This document shows positions 26,659-36,754 of a stretch of 64,000 nucleotides of DNA, piece by piece (the first letter of the stretch is position 1; every line of letters starts with the position of its first letter). Made by a program: the position numbers and the translations under genes. Source of the DNA: a virus; IMG/VR virus record IMGVR_UViG_3300045131_001276, positions 6,182 to 70,181 of that record. One strand, given 5' to 3'. The notes under the pieces are model-generated. The model worked only from the letters and a program-made list of their open reading frames with translations, had not been told where the DNA came from and ran no database searches.

Positions 26659-28321
26659 CTCTCTAGCGTTATCTATCCCCGAAGATCATCCAGTCTTTAG
26701 ACCTGTAAGGAAAGTTCGTTCGCTGGTTCAGTGGGCCAGACAAGTCAACTACACGATAGATGGCAACGTCTTCAATCTCAATAAAGTCCCATATTCCAAA
26801 GCTATCTACGCCGACGACAAGGCGACTACCTATGTGTTTCGCAAGGGAAGCCAGGTCGCAATAACGTCATGGGCGCTAGCCAAGGCAATGCACGGCGCTG
26901 ATGAACTTGGAATGCGGTGGATTTATTTCCTTCCGACCGACACGGAGATGGACGACTTCGTTGCCGACCGAGTTGGTGGCGTCATTGAGAATTCAAAATA
27001 TCTCAGAAGCCGGGTTGGTTCGACAGACAACTCTGGCCTGAAAAAGATTGGCGACCAGGGCGGGCTTTTATATTTCCGTGGCCTTTGGACACGCAGGCAC
27101 GCAAAATCGGTTCCCGCCGACGGATTGATATTTGACGAAGTTGACGAAATTAATCCTGAATTAATAGCGTTCGGCGAGGATAGAGTCCTTGCTTCCGCCT
27201 GGCAGACCAAGGTTTATTTGTCTGTCCCAAGTTTTTCGGATATCGGAATTGATAAACTCTTTAAAGACTCTGACCAGAGATTCTATCTAATCAAATGCAA
27301 ACAATGCAACACTTATGCTTCGATAGACGAAGACTTCCCAAAGAATTTTATACCCGTTCCCGAATCGACAAAGAAATTATTTCCCAGCGGCGCTAAATAT
27401 TATCACGGCTGCATCAATTGCGGGGCGGAACTTGTTGTCAAGGATGGCGAATGGGTCGCAAAACATCCGGGCGCTCCCCGACGAGGATATCATGTCTCTC
27501 GTCTAATTCAGGAAAAACACCCGCCAGACTTTGCTAACTCAGCTACATATTTAATGGACGAATTCAAGCGAGCGCACGGTTCGCAAATCCGAATGAGCCG
27601 TTTCACTATAGCCTTCCAGGGGATGCCGTTTGATGGCGAGGGCGCCAGACTAACAGAAGAACTATTAGATTCGCTCGAAATACAGGACGAGGGATGGCGA
27701 TATAGCGGAAGCGGGATGTTCCTTGGATGCGACCAGGGCGATATGCTTGACATCGGTATTTTTTGCCGTGTTGGGGAAAAGTTACAGCTAATCTATTGTG
27801 AAAATACCCAGGAATGGGACCGGCTGGACATGCTGATGGAGAGATATGGCATCGTCATGGCCGGGGTTGATGGTAATCCCAACCGACATAATGCGAAGAA
27901 GTTCGCCGCAAAATGGAAGAAAAGAGCGTTCATTCAAGATTTCACTGGGGACAAGATACAAGATAAAGTCACAATGCACGAGGGGAAGACAGAGGTTCGT
28001 TGGGTAACAACGGAACGAACACAGAGTCTGGACGCAACAGTGGATTTCGTTGAGTCTGGTAGGCTGATGCTTCCCGACAGAAGGATACTAACCGGACGGG
28101 ATCTCACAATGTATGAGAGGTTCCGCCTTCATGTTCGTAACTTAAAATCCAAACTTGAAACACCATTGACGGGGGCGGCTCCACGCAGAGTCTATTTGCG
28201 TAATGTTCCCAATCATCAGGGCATGGCGTTAAACACCGCCAGAATCGCAGCGTTTGAGTTGGGCATCCGTAGGCCAGTTACAGGCACAGCTCCACAGTTT
28301 ATCAAGTGGGGGCACGCATGA
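26648..28321 (+). CDS. terL: terminase large subunit (GpA-like)
   Basis: FRKGSQVAIT Walker A variant, IFDEVDE Walker B, CxxC...CxxC, GCDQG nuclease motif. Confidence 0.88.
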   Translation: MRINSLALSIPEDHPVFRPVRKVRSLVQWARQVNYTIDGNVFNLNKVPYSKAIYADDKATTYVFRKGSQVAITSWALAKAMHGADELGMRWIYFLPTDTEMDDFVADRVGGVIENSKYLRSRVGSTDNSGLKKIGDQGGLLYFRGLWTRRHAKSVPADGLIFDEVDEINPELIAFGEDRVLASAWQTKVYLSVPSFSDIGIDKLFKDSDQRFYLIKCKQCNTYASIDEDFPKNFIPVPESTKKLFPSGAKYYHGCINCGAELVVKDGEWVAKHPGAPRRGYHVSRLIQEKHPPDFANSATYLMDEFKRAHGSQIRMSRFTIAFQGMPFDGEGARLTEELLDSLEIQDEGWRYSGSGMFLGCDQGDMLDIGIFCRVGEKLQLIYCENTQEWDRLDMLMERYGIVMAGVDGNPNRHNAKKFAAKWKKRAFIQDFTGDKIQDKVTMHEGKTEVRWVTTERTQSLDATVDFVESGRLMLPDRRILTGRDLTMYERFRLHVRNLKSKLETPLTGAAPRRVYLRNVPNHQGMALNTARIAAFELGIRRPVTGTAPQFIKWGHA

Positions 28322-30627
28322 GTTGGCTTTCCAGTATATGGAACGCTAAACCGAAAAAAGGCCCTGCGCCCAACATGATAGCGCGCATATCCACGGATGA
28401 CACCGAGTCTTGGACAAGTTCGTTTCAGAGCTATTCATCCGGCATGGGATGGATGGCGGCTAAGTATCCATTTGAGTGGCTACCTTTAATTGATACGCTA
28501 TACAAATTCGAGCCCAACTGCCGAAAACACATGCTGTCGACGATAGCGCTCGGAAACCCCGGACACAACCTCGAAATAGACACGCCAAATGAATCCAGGG
28601 CAAGAGAGGCACTGATCCTTTGTAATGATTTGGCTGCACGATGTTTCCCTCGCTCTAGTGGCGCTGACGGCCTGATAAACGGGATGCTGAGTCAATCGGC
28701 CCGGTCGGGTGGAATGTGCTGTGAGTGGGCTCCAGACGCAAAGATCACACGAGTTGAGAGAGCATATCTGCCTCCTGTCCGCACAATCAGATTCAGACGC
28801 AAGGCCGATGGATCGGTTGAGTTGGGACAACTACAGAACAGTTTATTTGTAGCGCTCAATCCACTTCAGACATCGTTTCACGCAGTCTACTTTGAAGACG
28901 AGAATCCATATCCTATTCCGCCCGTCCTGGCGGCGCTTCAGCGACTTGGAAACCACAAGAAAGTCATGGAACACATTGAGGCGTGGTTCAACAAACTGTC
29001 CGCAATGGGATTCCTTTCGTTGGTGGCTGAACGACCAGAAAACATGGGACAGCCTGAAGACGAATACAAGGCCAAGTGCGCCGAGCAATTAACGGCGATG
29101 AGCGAGGTCGTAAAAGAGAATCTGAGTTCAGGAATTATCCTGAGTTATGACGACATGACCGCAACGTTCAACAACACCAATGCTGGCGCTGGCGGGGCCA
29201 AACAAATAGCGCAATTGATAGACGAGGACATGTTCGCTGGCCTGGGCCGTGACCCGGTTATGTTTGGACGTTCATTCTCTCGTTCAGAAACGTGGTCCAA
29301 AGTCGCCTACGAAGAATTGACCGTTGAGATAAAGAATATTCAACAGGGCGTAAAGAGGTCACTGGAACACGGGCATAGATTGAATCTGGACCTTCAGGGC
29401 TTTGGTGACTGTGGCGTCAAGGTATCTTTTAAACCTATGCGTTCACTAGACGGATTCCGGGACGCAGAAGCGGAAAAGATGCTCTCGGATAAAATATTCG
29501 CCGCATGGGATAGACAGTTAATTGATGACGAAAAAGCCAGAAGATTACTTGGATACGAAGATACATCCGCAAACGCCGGGAAGTTTATAGCGTCATTCAA
29601 CGATGGCTCATATAAACTAAAGGAATTCGAACGGACGACATATCCCGTCAGTCACAGGAAAGCCAAGACCGATACTTATACGGACGTTGATTTCAATCTG
29701 AGCGATTTACCCGCACTTATGTGGCCGATAGGCGAAGGGTCGCCGAGCGACGCTAGAGAAGCAGCCAGAGAATATCTGTCAGAGATTCAGGACATATTAT
29801 CTGTCGCCGGTTCAATTGGTGTTGACGCTGTTTATGAATGGGCGATGCAACACGAAATCCCGTTTGTAGAACAGTTTGTTGAGGAATGTTTCGCTCTTTA
29901 TAGGGACAAAGTTGAGGCTGCGATAAGCCGTGCTACTGTCACCAGAATAGCAAAAGACCACCTTGAAATTATATGGAAAGCCGGGAAGTCTGACCCAACT
30001 ATCTATGGACCATCACAACGCATAGGTATTGGCGAGAGTTTCGACCTGCCAGACCGCAGGGCCATAGAATACATGAGTCGAGTTGACAGAATGTATATCA
30101 GTCGGTTCGTGTCAGATTCGCCTGCCCGTTCCAAACAAATACAAAACTGGATCCAGAATCAATACCTCGAACAGGGCCTGGGCATTGGTCGTAACCAAGA
30201 CCAGCTAGACAAGTTTTATAATATGTTCGGGAGTTTCTCCGAGAGGCTTACCAACCACACGTCAAGGGTCATAATTGATACCGCTACCCAGCGAGCCAGG
30301 AATAACGGTGGCATTTATGGATTATCCGAAGAGGGCTTTAGAGAATTCAGAATCACCGGACCATTAGACAAAATTACCTGTAAATATTGCAAGAGCATGA
30401 TTGGTCGGACATTCCAGGTTGCAATAGAAAAACAGCGAATTGAAAACATAATCGACACTGGAGATGAAAATATCTCAAGGTTCGACCCGTTTATACACAA
30501 AAGATACCCAGGCAAAGACGGGTTGGAAGAATTGAACAAATCCACCGATGAAGAAGTGCAGAAAAGCGGGATGGTGACTCCACCGTTTCACTGTTTGTGC
30601 AGGCATCGCTTAGTTGCGGTGGTGTGA
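28318..30627 (+). CDS. portal protein fused to Mu gpF-like head morphogenesis domain
   Basis: Follows terL; C-terminal DKITCKYC...PPFHCLCRHRL. Confidence 0.75.
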   Translation: MSWLSSIWNAKPKKGPAPNMIARISTDDTESWTSSFQSYSSGMGWMAAKYPFEWLPLIDTLYKFEPNCRKHMLSTIALGNPGHNLEIDTPNESRAREALILCNDLAARCFPRSSGADGLINGMLSQSARSGGMCCEWAPDAKITRVERAYLPPVRTIRFRRKADGSVELGQLQNSLFVALNPLQTSFHAVYFEDENPYPIPPVLAALQRLGNHKKVMEHIEAWFNKLSAMGFLSLVAERPENMGQPEDEYKAKCAEQLTAMSEVVKENLSSGIILSYDDMTATFNNTNAGAGGAKQIAQLIDEDMFAGLGRDPVMFGRSFSRSETWSKVAYEELTVEIKNIQQGVKRSLEHGHRLNLDLQGFGDCGVKVSFKPMRSLDGFRDAEAEKMLSDKIFAAWDRQLIDDEKARRLLGYEDTSANAGKFIASFNDGSYKLKEFERTTYPVSHRKAKTDTYTDVDFNLSDLPALMWPIGEGSPSDAREAAREYLSEIQDILSVAGSIGVDAVYEWAMQHEIPFVEQFVEECFALYRDKVEAAISRATVTRIAKDHLEIIWKAGKSDPTIYGPSQRIGIGESFDLPDRRAIEYMSRVDRMYISRFVSDSPARSKQIQNWIQNQYLEQGLGIGRNQDQLDKFYNMFGSFSERLTNHTSRVIIDTATQRARNNGGIYGLSEEGFREFRITGPLDKITCKYCKSMIGRTFQVAIEKQRIENIIDTGDENISRFDPFIHKRYPGKDGLEELNKSTDEEVQKSGMVTPPFHCLCRHRLVAVV

Positions 30628-30634
30628 GGGATAG

Positions 30635-31981
30635 ATGCAAGAACCAAAATACCGGATAGAAAATGGCCGGAAGATTTACACGATGGAAAGTCGGATTGAC
30701 TGCGTTAGACGACCATCAGCGCCAAAAACTAAACCACCAAAAGTGATGACATTTAACGGCGACCCCAGAGAACTAGGGCCCGCCGACCCGGTCGATACAT
30801 CTGAAGATCCTGACGTGGTCAGCGTCCACATGAGATTGATTACAGCGGCTAACGCTTTTCCCTCTGTTGGTTGGTTAGGCCCGCAGCTTGTTAAATACGG
30901 CCACAACGATGGCCAGGCAGTGAAAGAAATAGTCCAAATTATGAGCGAAGCGTCGAGGCCAGTTCCTTTGATGTGGAATCATTCTTATGACGCTCACGAC
31001 ATCGCAGGCAGAGTTGACGGCGCATATTGGGAACACAGTTCAGACATCCTTCCCGGCGTCAACGCATTTGCAAAAGTAAACAGAAAGTTTGACGCAAAAG
31101 CGGCCATGGGCCTTGAGACTGGAGAAATAAACGCAACGTCAATCGGGGTGGTAATGGAAAAGGAACGAAGTCACCCGGATATGGATTTCGACACGTTTGT
31201 ATCTCTTGCTTCTGAGGGCGCAGAAGTCGATGGCCAGCAGGTTGGGTGGCTCCCCGTTAAGACAATAGAAGTAATTCATCACGCATTAGTTTGGTCGGGC
31301 GCTGATCCCAACAGTGGACCTAGACCTATAGCAAACACAGTTTTCAGAAACGCCGAAGAGTCGGCGCACAATCCTACCCTAAGAGGAGGGATCGAATTGG
31401 AAATAAACGCCATAGAGATCCTAAACTCGCTATGCAAGGATCTCGGATTTGATGTGGTCCTCTCTGAGGGCACTGAGATACCCGACGACTTGCAGGCCAG
31501 ATTTAGACACAGAGTAGACGCAGGGACAGAAGCCCTAACCAGATGCTTCGAGATTGATTCCAGGTTGTCGAGAATCAAGAAAGATGTCCTGCCAGATAAA
31601 CCAAATGCTTCCACAATGGAAACAATCAACGCACTGGTGGACAAACTGCCAGCCGCCAAACACGGTGAGGCTTACATTGCCGACCTGCGTATTCAGGCGC
31701 TTGCCGCCTTCGATGGCGCAAAGACTGACCCGGACAATAAGCCAGAAATGTCTATGTCCGAGAAGACCGTCCGTGGCGTAATCGAATCAACTTCGGATAT
31801 CGACGCCCTCAAAGCGTGGATCACAGAATACTCGAAAGTAAAAGAAGACAAATTCCCGAAGCCGGACCTTCATACATCCGCTGACGAGGGATTGCCGCCT
31901 CATGTGGGCGTGGCGGATATCACCGCCGAACAAAAACGAATAGCCGCCAGCTTTAAGAGATGGCAGGGAGGTAAGAAATAA
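30635..31981 (+). CDS. prohead protease / scaffold
   Basis: PLMWNH...IAGRV, TSIG, ALVWSGADP; helical C-terminus; position. Confidence 0.7.
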   Translation: MQEPKYRIENGRKIYTMESRIDCVRRPSAPKTKPPKVMTFNGDPRELGPADPVDTSEDPDVVSVHMRLITAANAFPSVGWLGPQLVKYGHNDGQAVKEIVQIMSEASRPVPLMWNHSYDAHDIAGRVDGAYWEHSSDILPGVNAFAKVNRKFDAKAAMGLETGEINATSIGVVMEKERSHPDMDFDTFVSLASEGAEVDGQQVGWLPVKTIEVIHHALVWSGADPNSGPRPIANTVFRNAEESAHNPTLRGGIELEINAIEILNSLCKDLGFDVVLSEGTEIPDDLQARFRHRVDAGTEALTRCFEIDSRLSRIKKDVLPDKPNASTMETINALVDKLPAAKHGEAYIADLRIQALAAFDGAKTDPDNKPEMSMSEKTVRGVIESTSDIDALKAWITEYSKVKEDKFPKPDLHTSADEGLPPHVGVADITAEQKRIAASFKRWQGGKK

Positions 31982-32676
31982 TGGCTACAGCCGCAAATCG
32001 GAGAATTCCCGAAACGCTCAATGTGGCATTTGATTATGACACCGAACCCGCAGTCGGGGATTTGGTTGAAATAACCGGAAGCCGCCACGTCCAAGAATTG
32101 ACCCTTGCTGGCCGACACAAATGCGTTGGTGAGGTTATTGGATTGAGGACTGACCTTACTGAAGCGACGGTCGCTACTCCATATAGACGTAACCGTATAG
32201 ACAGAATCGCAGGAGAGACTGTTGTCGCTGGTCCGTTTGTGTTCGGCGTAGACAATAAGGTCTATCAATATACTCCTGGAGCGGTAGCAACCGTCACGGG
32301 GTCTACAACTGGAGTCAAGACATACGTCAATGATACCAGCGATAAGGTAAAAATCAACTACAACAATGAAGGATCGCAGACCTTCGATATTACCGCGGGT
32401 GTTGGCGTGGCAATGGCTACAGTGGTGGCGCAGATAAATGCCGCTGCGGTTGGCTTTACCTGTTCCGTTGATGCAGATGGCCACTTTGTCATTACAGGTG
32501 ACGAGATAGGCAAGCCCATAGAAATAGAGGCTGTCAGTAACGATGCTTATACCCTGTTGGGACTTTCCGCCGCAGTCACTCGATGCGCTGGTCCCTCTCA
32601 CGACGCTAGTCTAATCGCCGGGATGGTCGTTGTTGGTGGCGCAGCCGCCGCAGCGGTCGAAACCCTCGAATATTAA
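31981..32676 (+). CDS. head decoration/cement protein with inserted domain
   Basis: Between scaffold and capsid; VGDLVEITG beta-rich fold. Confidence 0.65.
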   Translation: MATAANRRIPETLNVAFDYDTEPAVGDLVEITGSRHVQELTLAGRHKCVGEVIGLRTDLTEATVATPYRRNRIDRIAGETVVAGPFVFGVDNKVYQYTPGAVATVTGSTTGVKTYVNDTSDKVKINYNNEGSQTFDITAGVGVAMATVVAQINAAAVGFTCSVDADGHFVITGDEIGKPIEIEAVSNDAYTLLGLSAAVTRCAGPSHDASLIAGMVVVGGAAAAAVETLEY

Positions 32677-32690
32677 GAGGAGATACAGAA

Positions 32691-33821
32691 ATGTCAGAAG
32701 CATTGGGGCTGAAGAACAGCCTTAGAGAAAAACTAATAAAGCCCTTCTGGAATTATACCAGACCGGAACACGGGCCCGGCGTTCAAACAACCTTCGAAGA
32801 GTTTATGAAGACCCGTCCAGATGGCGGGGAAATACTCAAAAACAACGCAGGGGAAGCCATAGGGCTTAAAGATATCTTCCAGGACATGGGGCAAGACCCT
32901 TATGGCCTGCATATCAACAACCTTGCTACCAGAGATGACGACTTCAGATATCTCTTTGGACCAATAATCGAAGATATCGTAGTTCGTGGCTACATGGAGC
33001 GCCGAGATGGTCTTCCCGCTATGTGGACAAGGCTTGTCTTCGCCGCCGGTGTAACAGCCTCACAGGAAGCGATTCGTCGAACATGGTTCAAATTCAATGG
33101 TGTGCCTGTTCCAACCGCTGAAGGTGAAACCTTCCCGGAAGCTACAATCAGCCAGGGCGAAGAAACCATAGCGTGGAAAAAGAAAGGTCTTACCCTTCGT
33201 CTTTCCGAGGAATATCTCAGGGCGAATCCGCTACCGGTTATCAGTAACTGGCTCGCAGAGGTTGGCCGAATATTCCAGCACATGGAGAATGTTGGCGCCG
33301 TAGCGACTTTGGTTGCTGGCGATTTATCGACCGGCGCTAATGCCGCTCCAATAATCGGTGTGGCCAGCACGAGTAACGGCATTGACTATGTGGATTTCAC
33401 AACCTGTTGGAACCGAGGAAACCTTATTGGCGAAGATTGGTTTGTGATGGTTTCAGGTGAAGCGATGGGTAACAAAATCAGCGCCATCGACGAGTTCAAG
33501 GAGCGCCAGGTCGGTTCGCCGCAGATCACAATAGTTAATCGACCGGAACCAGCCACGATGGAACGTTACGTGTCATCTGAAATCCCCGCTAATCAGGTAA
33601 TGCTTGTTGATACCAGCCATGCGCTACGTCAGCGGGTTTTTATTCCAATGACAGTTAAAGAGTCGGCTCGTCCCGAAGATTGGACTAAGGGCGTTACAAT
33701 CGGCTATTCGACTGCGTTCGAGCGAATTGGCGACAAGTCCGTGGTTGTTATGGACGACACTAAGCTTTATTCGGGATACGGATTCCCGAGTTACTTTGTC
33801 GTTGGCGGATATAGGTCTTAA
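32691..33821 (+). CDS. major capsid protein (HK97 fold)
   Basis: Size, position, AEGETFPE...KKGLTLRLSEE motif. Confidence 0.85.
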   Translation: MSEALGLKNSLREKLIKPFWNYTRPEHGPGVQTTFEEFMKTRPDGGEILKNNAGEAIGLKDIFQDMGQDPYGLHINNLATRDDDFRYLFGPIIEDIVVRGYMERRDGLPAMWTRLVFAAGVTASQEAIRRTWFKFNGVPVPTAEGETFPEATISQGEETIAWKKKGLTLRLSEEYLRANPLPVISNWLAEVGRIFQHMENVGAVATLVAGDLSTGANAAPIIGVASTSNGIDYVDFTTCWNRGNLIGEDWFVMVSGEAMGNKISAIDEFKERQVGSPQITIVNRPEPATMERYVSSEIPANQVMLVDTSHALRQRVFIPMTVKESARPEDWTKGVTIGYSTAFERIGDKSVVVMDDTKLYSGYGFPSYFVVGGYRS

Positions 33822-33834
33822 CGGAGGCTGAAGT

Positions 33835-34194
33835 ATGACCACTTGGGTCAAACTAAAAAATCAACAGGGCCAGTTGTGGGATAGCCGTGTCGGATGGGGA
33901 ATCAAACTTGACGAAATTAAAGAACTCCCCGACAACATCCCCGCTGGCTCTATAACCGCAGAACGTCTTCGTATGGGCGGATTAATTGAATGTGGCCCTC
34001 CTTCAGAGAAGGACCAGAATATGTTCACATCTATCGCTCCGAAGACTGTTCAGGTTCCGGTGGATCAAGACGCTGACCCACTGACTAGCGAAAAATTAGC
34101 GACTAATCAGCCCAACAATCCACCGGAATCGCCACCAATAACAATAAAAAAGAAGGCTTTTAAAAAACCCACAACCCGCAGGGGTAAGAAATAG
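33835..34194 (+). CDS. hypothetical virion-associated protein
   Basis: GGAGG SD; follows capsid. Confidence 0.6.
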   Translation: MTTWVKLKNQQGQLWDSRVGWGIKLDEIKELPDNIPAGSITAERLRMGGLIECGPPSEKDQNMFTSIAPKTVQVPVDQDADPLTSEKLATNQPNNPPESPPITIKKKAFKKPTTRRGKK

Positions 34195-34590
34195 ATGGCC
34201 ATTAGCGCAATACAGCTTGTCACGGACCAACTAGAGCCGGTGCTTTCGTTGGACCCGACTATCGAAGCCGCCATCTCGCGGCAGGTGGATGCTCAGATAG
34301 CGTTACAGGGCTGGGCGGTATCAGACGTTACAGACCAGCGCTCAGTTCGTATCGCTATCTTATCCACCAAAGCGCTGATACCGAGACTGTTACTGAAGTT
34401 TGCACAGGAAGTTCAACAGGCCGAGGCGGGACCAGCCAAGGCTGTATTCCAGGACGCATGTAAGTTTCTGGAAGCGTTAATGAAGGAATTAGAAGCGCAG
34501 GCGCAGGTCGCCGCACGGGAAGAATCACCAGAAGACGCAATAGAAATTGATAAACGCAGGCCAACTGGCGCAGGATTCAGGAGCATTTAA
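34195..34590 (+). CDS. putative head-tail adaptor
   Basis: Position and helical character. Confidence 0.5.
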   Translation: MAISAIQLVTDQLEPVLSLDPTIEAAISRQVDAQIALQGWAVSDVTDQRSVRIAILSTKALIPRLLLKFAQEVQQAEAGPAKAVFQDACKFLEALMKELEAQAQVAAREESPEDAIEIDKRRPTGAGFRSI

Positions 34591-34593
34591 TCA

Positions 34594-35373
34594 GTGTTGT
34601 CGGATAGCCAAAAGACTAGAGTTGAAGCCGCAATAGGTAAAGTTTGGAACCTTATGGCTGGTGACGCTGTTGTTGCGGTGATGAAGCCGACAGAATTAAT
34701 TACTAACGGAAGTTTTGAGACAGGAACAACCGGGTGGACAGCTATAGACTGGACATATTCTTCGGGTAGCAAGAAGGTTACACACAATGTCGCTACACCG
34801 AACAATACGTCTGCGCTAGAGCAGGAAATTACTGTTGTGGCCGGTGGGATTTATGAATTGAAGTTCACGGTATCTGACCGAAGCGCCGGATCTGTGACAC
34901 CAAAGATTGGCGATACATCGGGAACCACGATATCTGTGTCGTCAACAAACACACAACAGATAATAGCGACCAACAACGAGGGATTGTCGTTTGTTCCAAC
35001 CGGCACATTTGATGGCGCCATTGATTCTGTGTCCTGTGTCCTGGTTTCAAAAGCCCTTGTAACCGTAGCCTATGATTATCCGACAGGCAACAAGTTCGCC
35101 GAAGGACTCCAGATAGATAATTCCGGGGCAACATTACAAGAGGCCAGGGAATTAACATTCTTGTCTTCGTATCTGGACGCACAGCTAATTGATATTCACG
35201 AGATTGATTACTGGCTGATTAATGGTCAGCGATGGGATTTCTTAAAAGACGCCCCGATTCAGACAGCGCTGGTTCCAATAGCGGGCATTCACAACATTGT
35301 GGTTGTTTCTATTCGCAATGCGGCTGAACTGATTCAGTCAGAGACAGTTACGGGCGATTTCGCTTTCGTTTAG
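34594..35373 (+). CDS. putative head-closure protein with inserted CBM-like domain
   Basis: Position; ELITNGSFE...W domain at 34693-35046. Confidence 0.5.
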   Translation: MLSDSQKTRVEAAIGKVWNLMAGDAVVAVMKPTELITNGSFETGTTGWTAIDWTYSSGSKKVTHNVATPNNTSALEQEITVVAGGIYELKFTVSDRSAGSVTPKIGDTSGTTISVSSTNTQQIIATNNEGLSFVPTGTFDGAIDSVSCVLVSKALVTVAYDYPTGNKFAEGLQIDNSGATLQEARELTFLSSYLDAQLIDIHEIDYWLINGQRWDFLKDAPIQTALVPIAGIHNIVVVSIRNAAELIQSETVTGDFAFV

Positions 35374-35381
35374 GAGTTAAC

Positions 35382-35846
35382 GTGGCCGACATAGAAAAAA
35401 CTGGAGATTGGGACGGATTCGCAGCGATTCTAGCGAAAGCGTCTAGCCAGTTCAAATCTAATATTAAAAAAGCCACAGACACCTGCGGTCGGTTACTTGA
35501 AGGGAAGATTGTTGACAGAATCTCAGCCGGACAGGTTCAGCCTCCCACGATAGACCCGTTCAAGTCATGGAAAGAGAGACACGGATATTCAGGGACAACG
35601 CTCATTATGACCAGCGACTTACTAAACGCCATTAACTACGAGAATAAGGATTGGTCACATGGGTTTGTTGGTGTGAAACGAAGCAAGGTCAAGAAGGACG
35701 GGACTAGCCTGGCGAACATTGCTGCGGCTCACGAGTTTGGCATTACTGTCCCTAAACGGCCATTTATTTCGCCGGTAGTTGAATCTGAGGGACCGAAGAT
35801 AGCCAACATCTATCAGAAAGCCATAGACGAGACATTCAAGAAATGA
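35382..35846 (+). CDS. neck / virion morphogenesis protein (Mu gpG-like)
   Basis: LIMTSDL, AAAHEFG...PKRPF. Confidence 0.75.
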   Translation: MADIEKTGDWDGFAAILAKASSQFKSNIKKATDTCGRLLEGKIVDRISAGQVQPPTIDPFKSWKERHGYSGTTLIMTSDLLNAINYENKDWSHGFVGVKRSKVKKDGTSLANIAAAHEFGITVPKRPFISPVVESEGPKIANIYQKAIDETFKK

Positions 35847-36469
35847 CGATGATAATTAGCACTATTAATTCACATATAATTGACAGACTCAAGCGTATTA
35901 AACGTGCGGCTGACACATCTATTAATGTTTATGGGCCAGGCGCTGCAAGACCAAAGGGCGACATGGAACCGCCCTGTTTCGTGGTTAGCCATTACCTTGA
36001 CACTATCGAAGACACACGAATGGCCCGTAGGTTTTTAGATGACTATGAAGGATCTGACACTGAAGCTACATTTATCTGGCCGTATGGAGAAAACGATTCT
36101 AATGAGCCACTAGAAATCACAGGTCCAGAATCTTGGACACATCGAAAGTGGCCTCTCCCCATAGTCCTTTATTATCAAATTGACATCAAGACAGTCGACG
36201 AAGACCATGCCGGGCAATTAAGCCTGATGCTGCTTCGATTGTTTCCCAAAGGCTACAACATATTATTGGATGACAACTGGATTAAATTTCAGCCAGAAGG
36301 TCATCCGGTTAATTTAGACGAGGTTGACAAGCCACTATTCTGGCGAGCCCACAGGTTTGTTGTGACCGGAGCATGGGTTAATGCGCTTGAGAGTGACGAA
36401 GTGGTAAGCCTATCAGAATACAATTGGCAAGTTGGCTTTATGCCAGAAACACTAGAGGAGGCCCTATAA
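35843..36469 (+). CDS. putative tail terminator/completion protein
   Basis: Position before sheath; PIVLYYQIDI. Confidence 0.55.
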   Translation: MTMIISTINSHIIDRLKRIKRAADTSINVYGPGAARPKGDMEPPCFVVSHYLDTIEDTRMARRFLDDYEGSDTEATFIWPYGENDSNEPLEITGPESWTHRKWPLPIVLYYQIDIKTVDEDHAGQLSLMLLRLFPKGYNILLDDNWIKFQPEGHPVNLDEVDKPLFWRAHRFVVTGAWVNALESDEVVSLSEYNWQVGFMPETLEEAL

Positions 36470-36753
36470 TGGCCAGAAAACAGTATAGCGAGGAACCGGA
36501 GATTTTGGCCGAGTCCCAATCTCAGACTATTGGGGGGCCGACCGATTACCGGCGGATAATAAATCTGACTCCCAAACAAATGAAGGGACTGCCGCTCGGG
36601 GATGGAACAACCATCTCAATGGCCGCTGGTCCATATAGCAGTGGCGACACTCATATCAGCCGCCCCGTGCTGAACAAATATATCGGCAAATATCTGCGAC
36701 GCCTTGAGAAAGAGGGAAAAATCAAGATTGAGCCGGTAAGAGGAGACGCATAA
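36469..36753 (+). CDS. hypothetical protein
   Basis: GAGGAGG SD; small gene before sheath. Confidence 0.55.
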   Translation: MARKQYSEEPEILAESQSQTIGGPTDYRRIINLTPKQMKGLPLGDGTTISMAAGPYSSGDTHISRPVLNKYIGKYLRRLEKEGKIKIEPVRGDA

Positions 36754-36754
36754 C

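Noticed and set aside
31900-32601. 233-aa antisense ORF over the decoration gene
   Set aside because: No recognisable motif; shadow ORF
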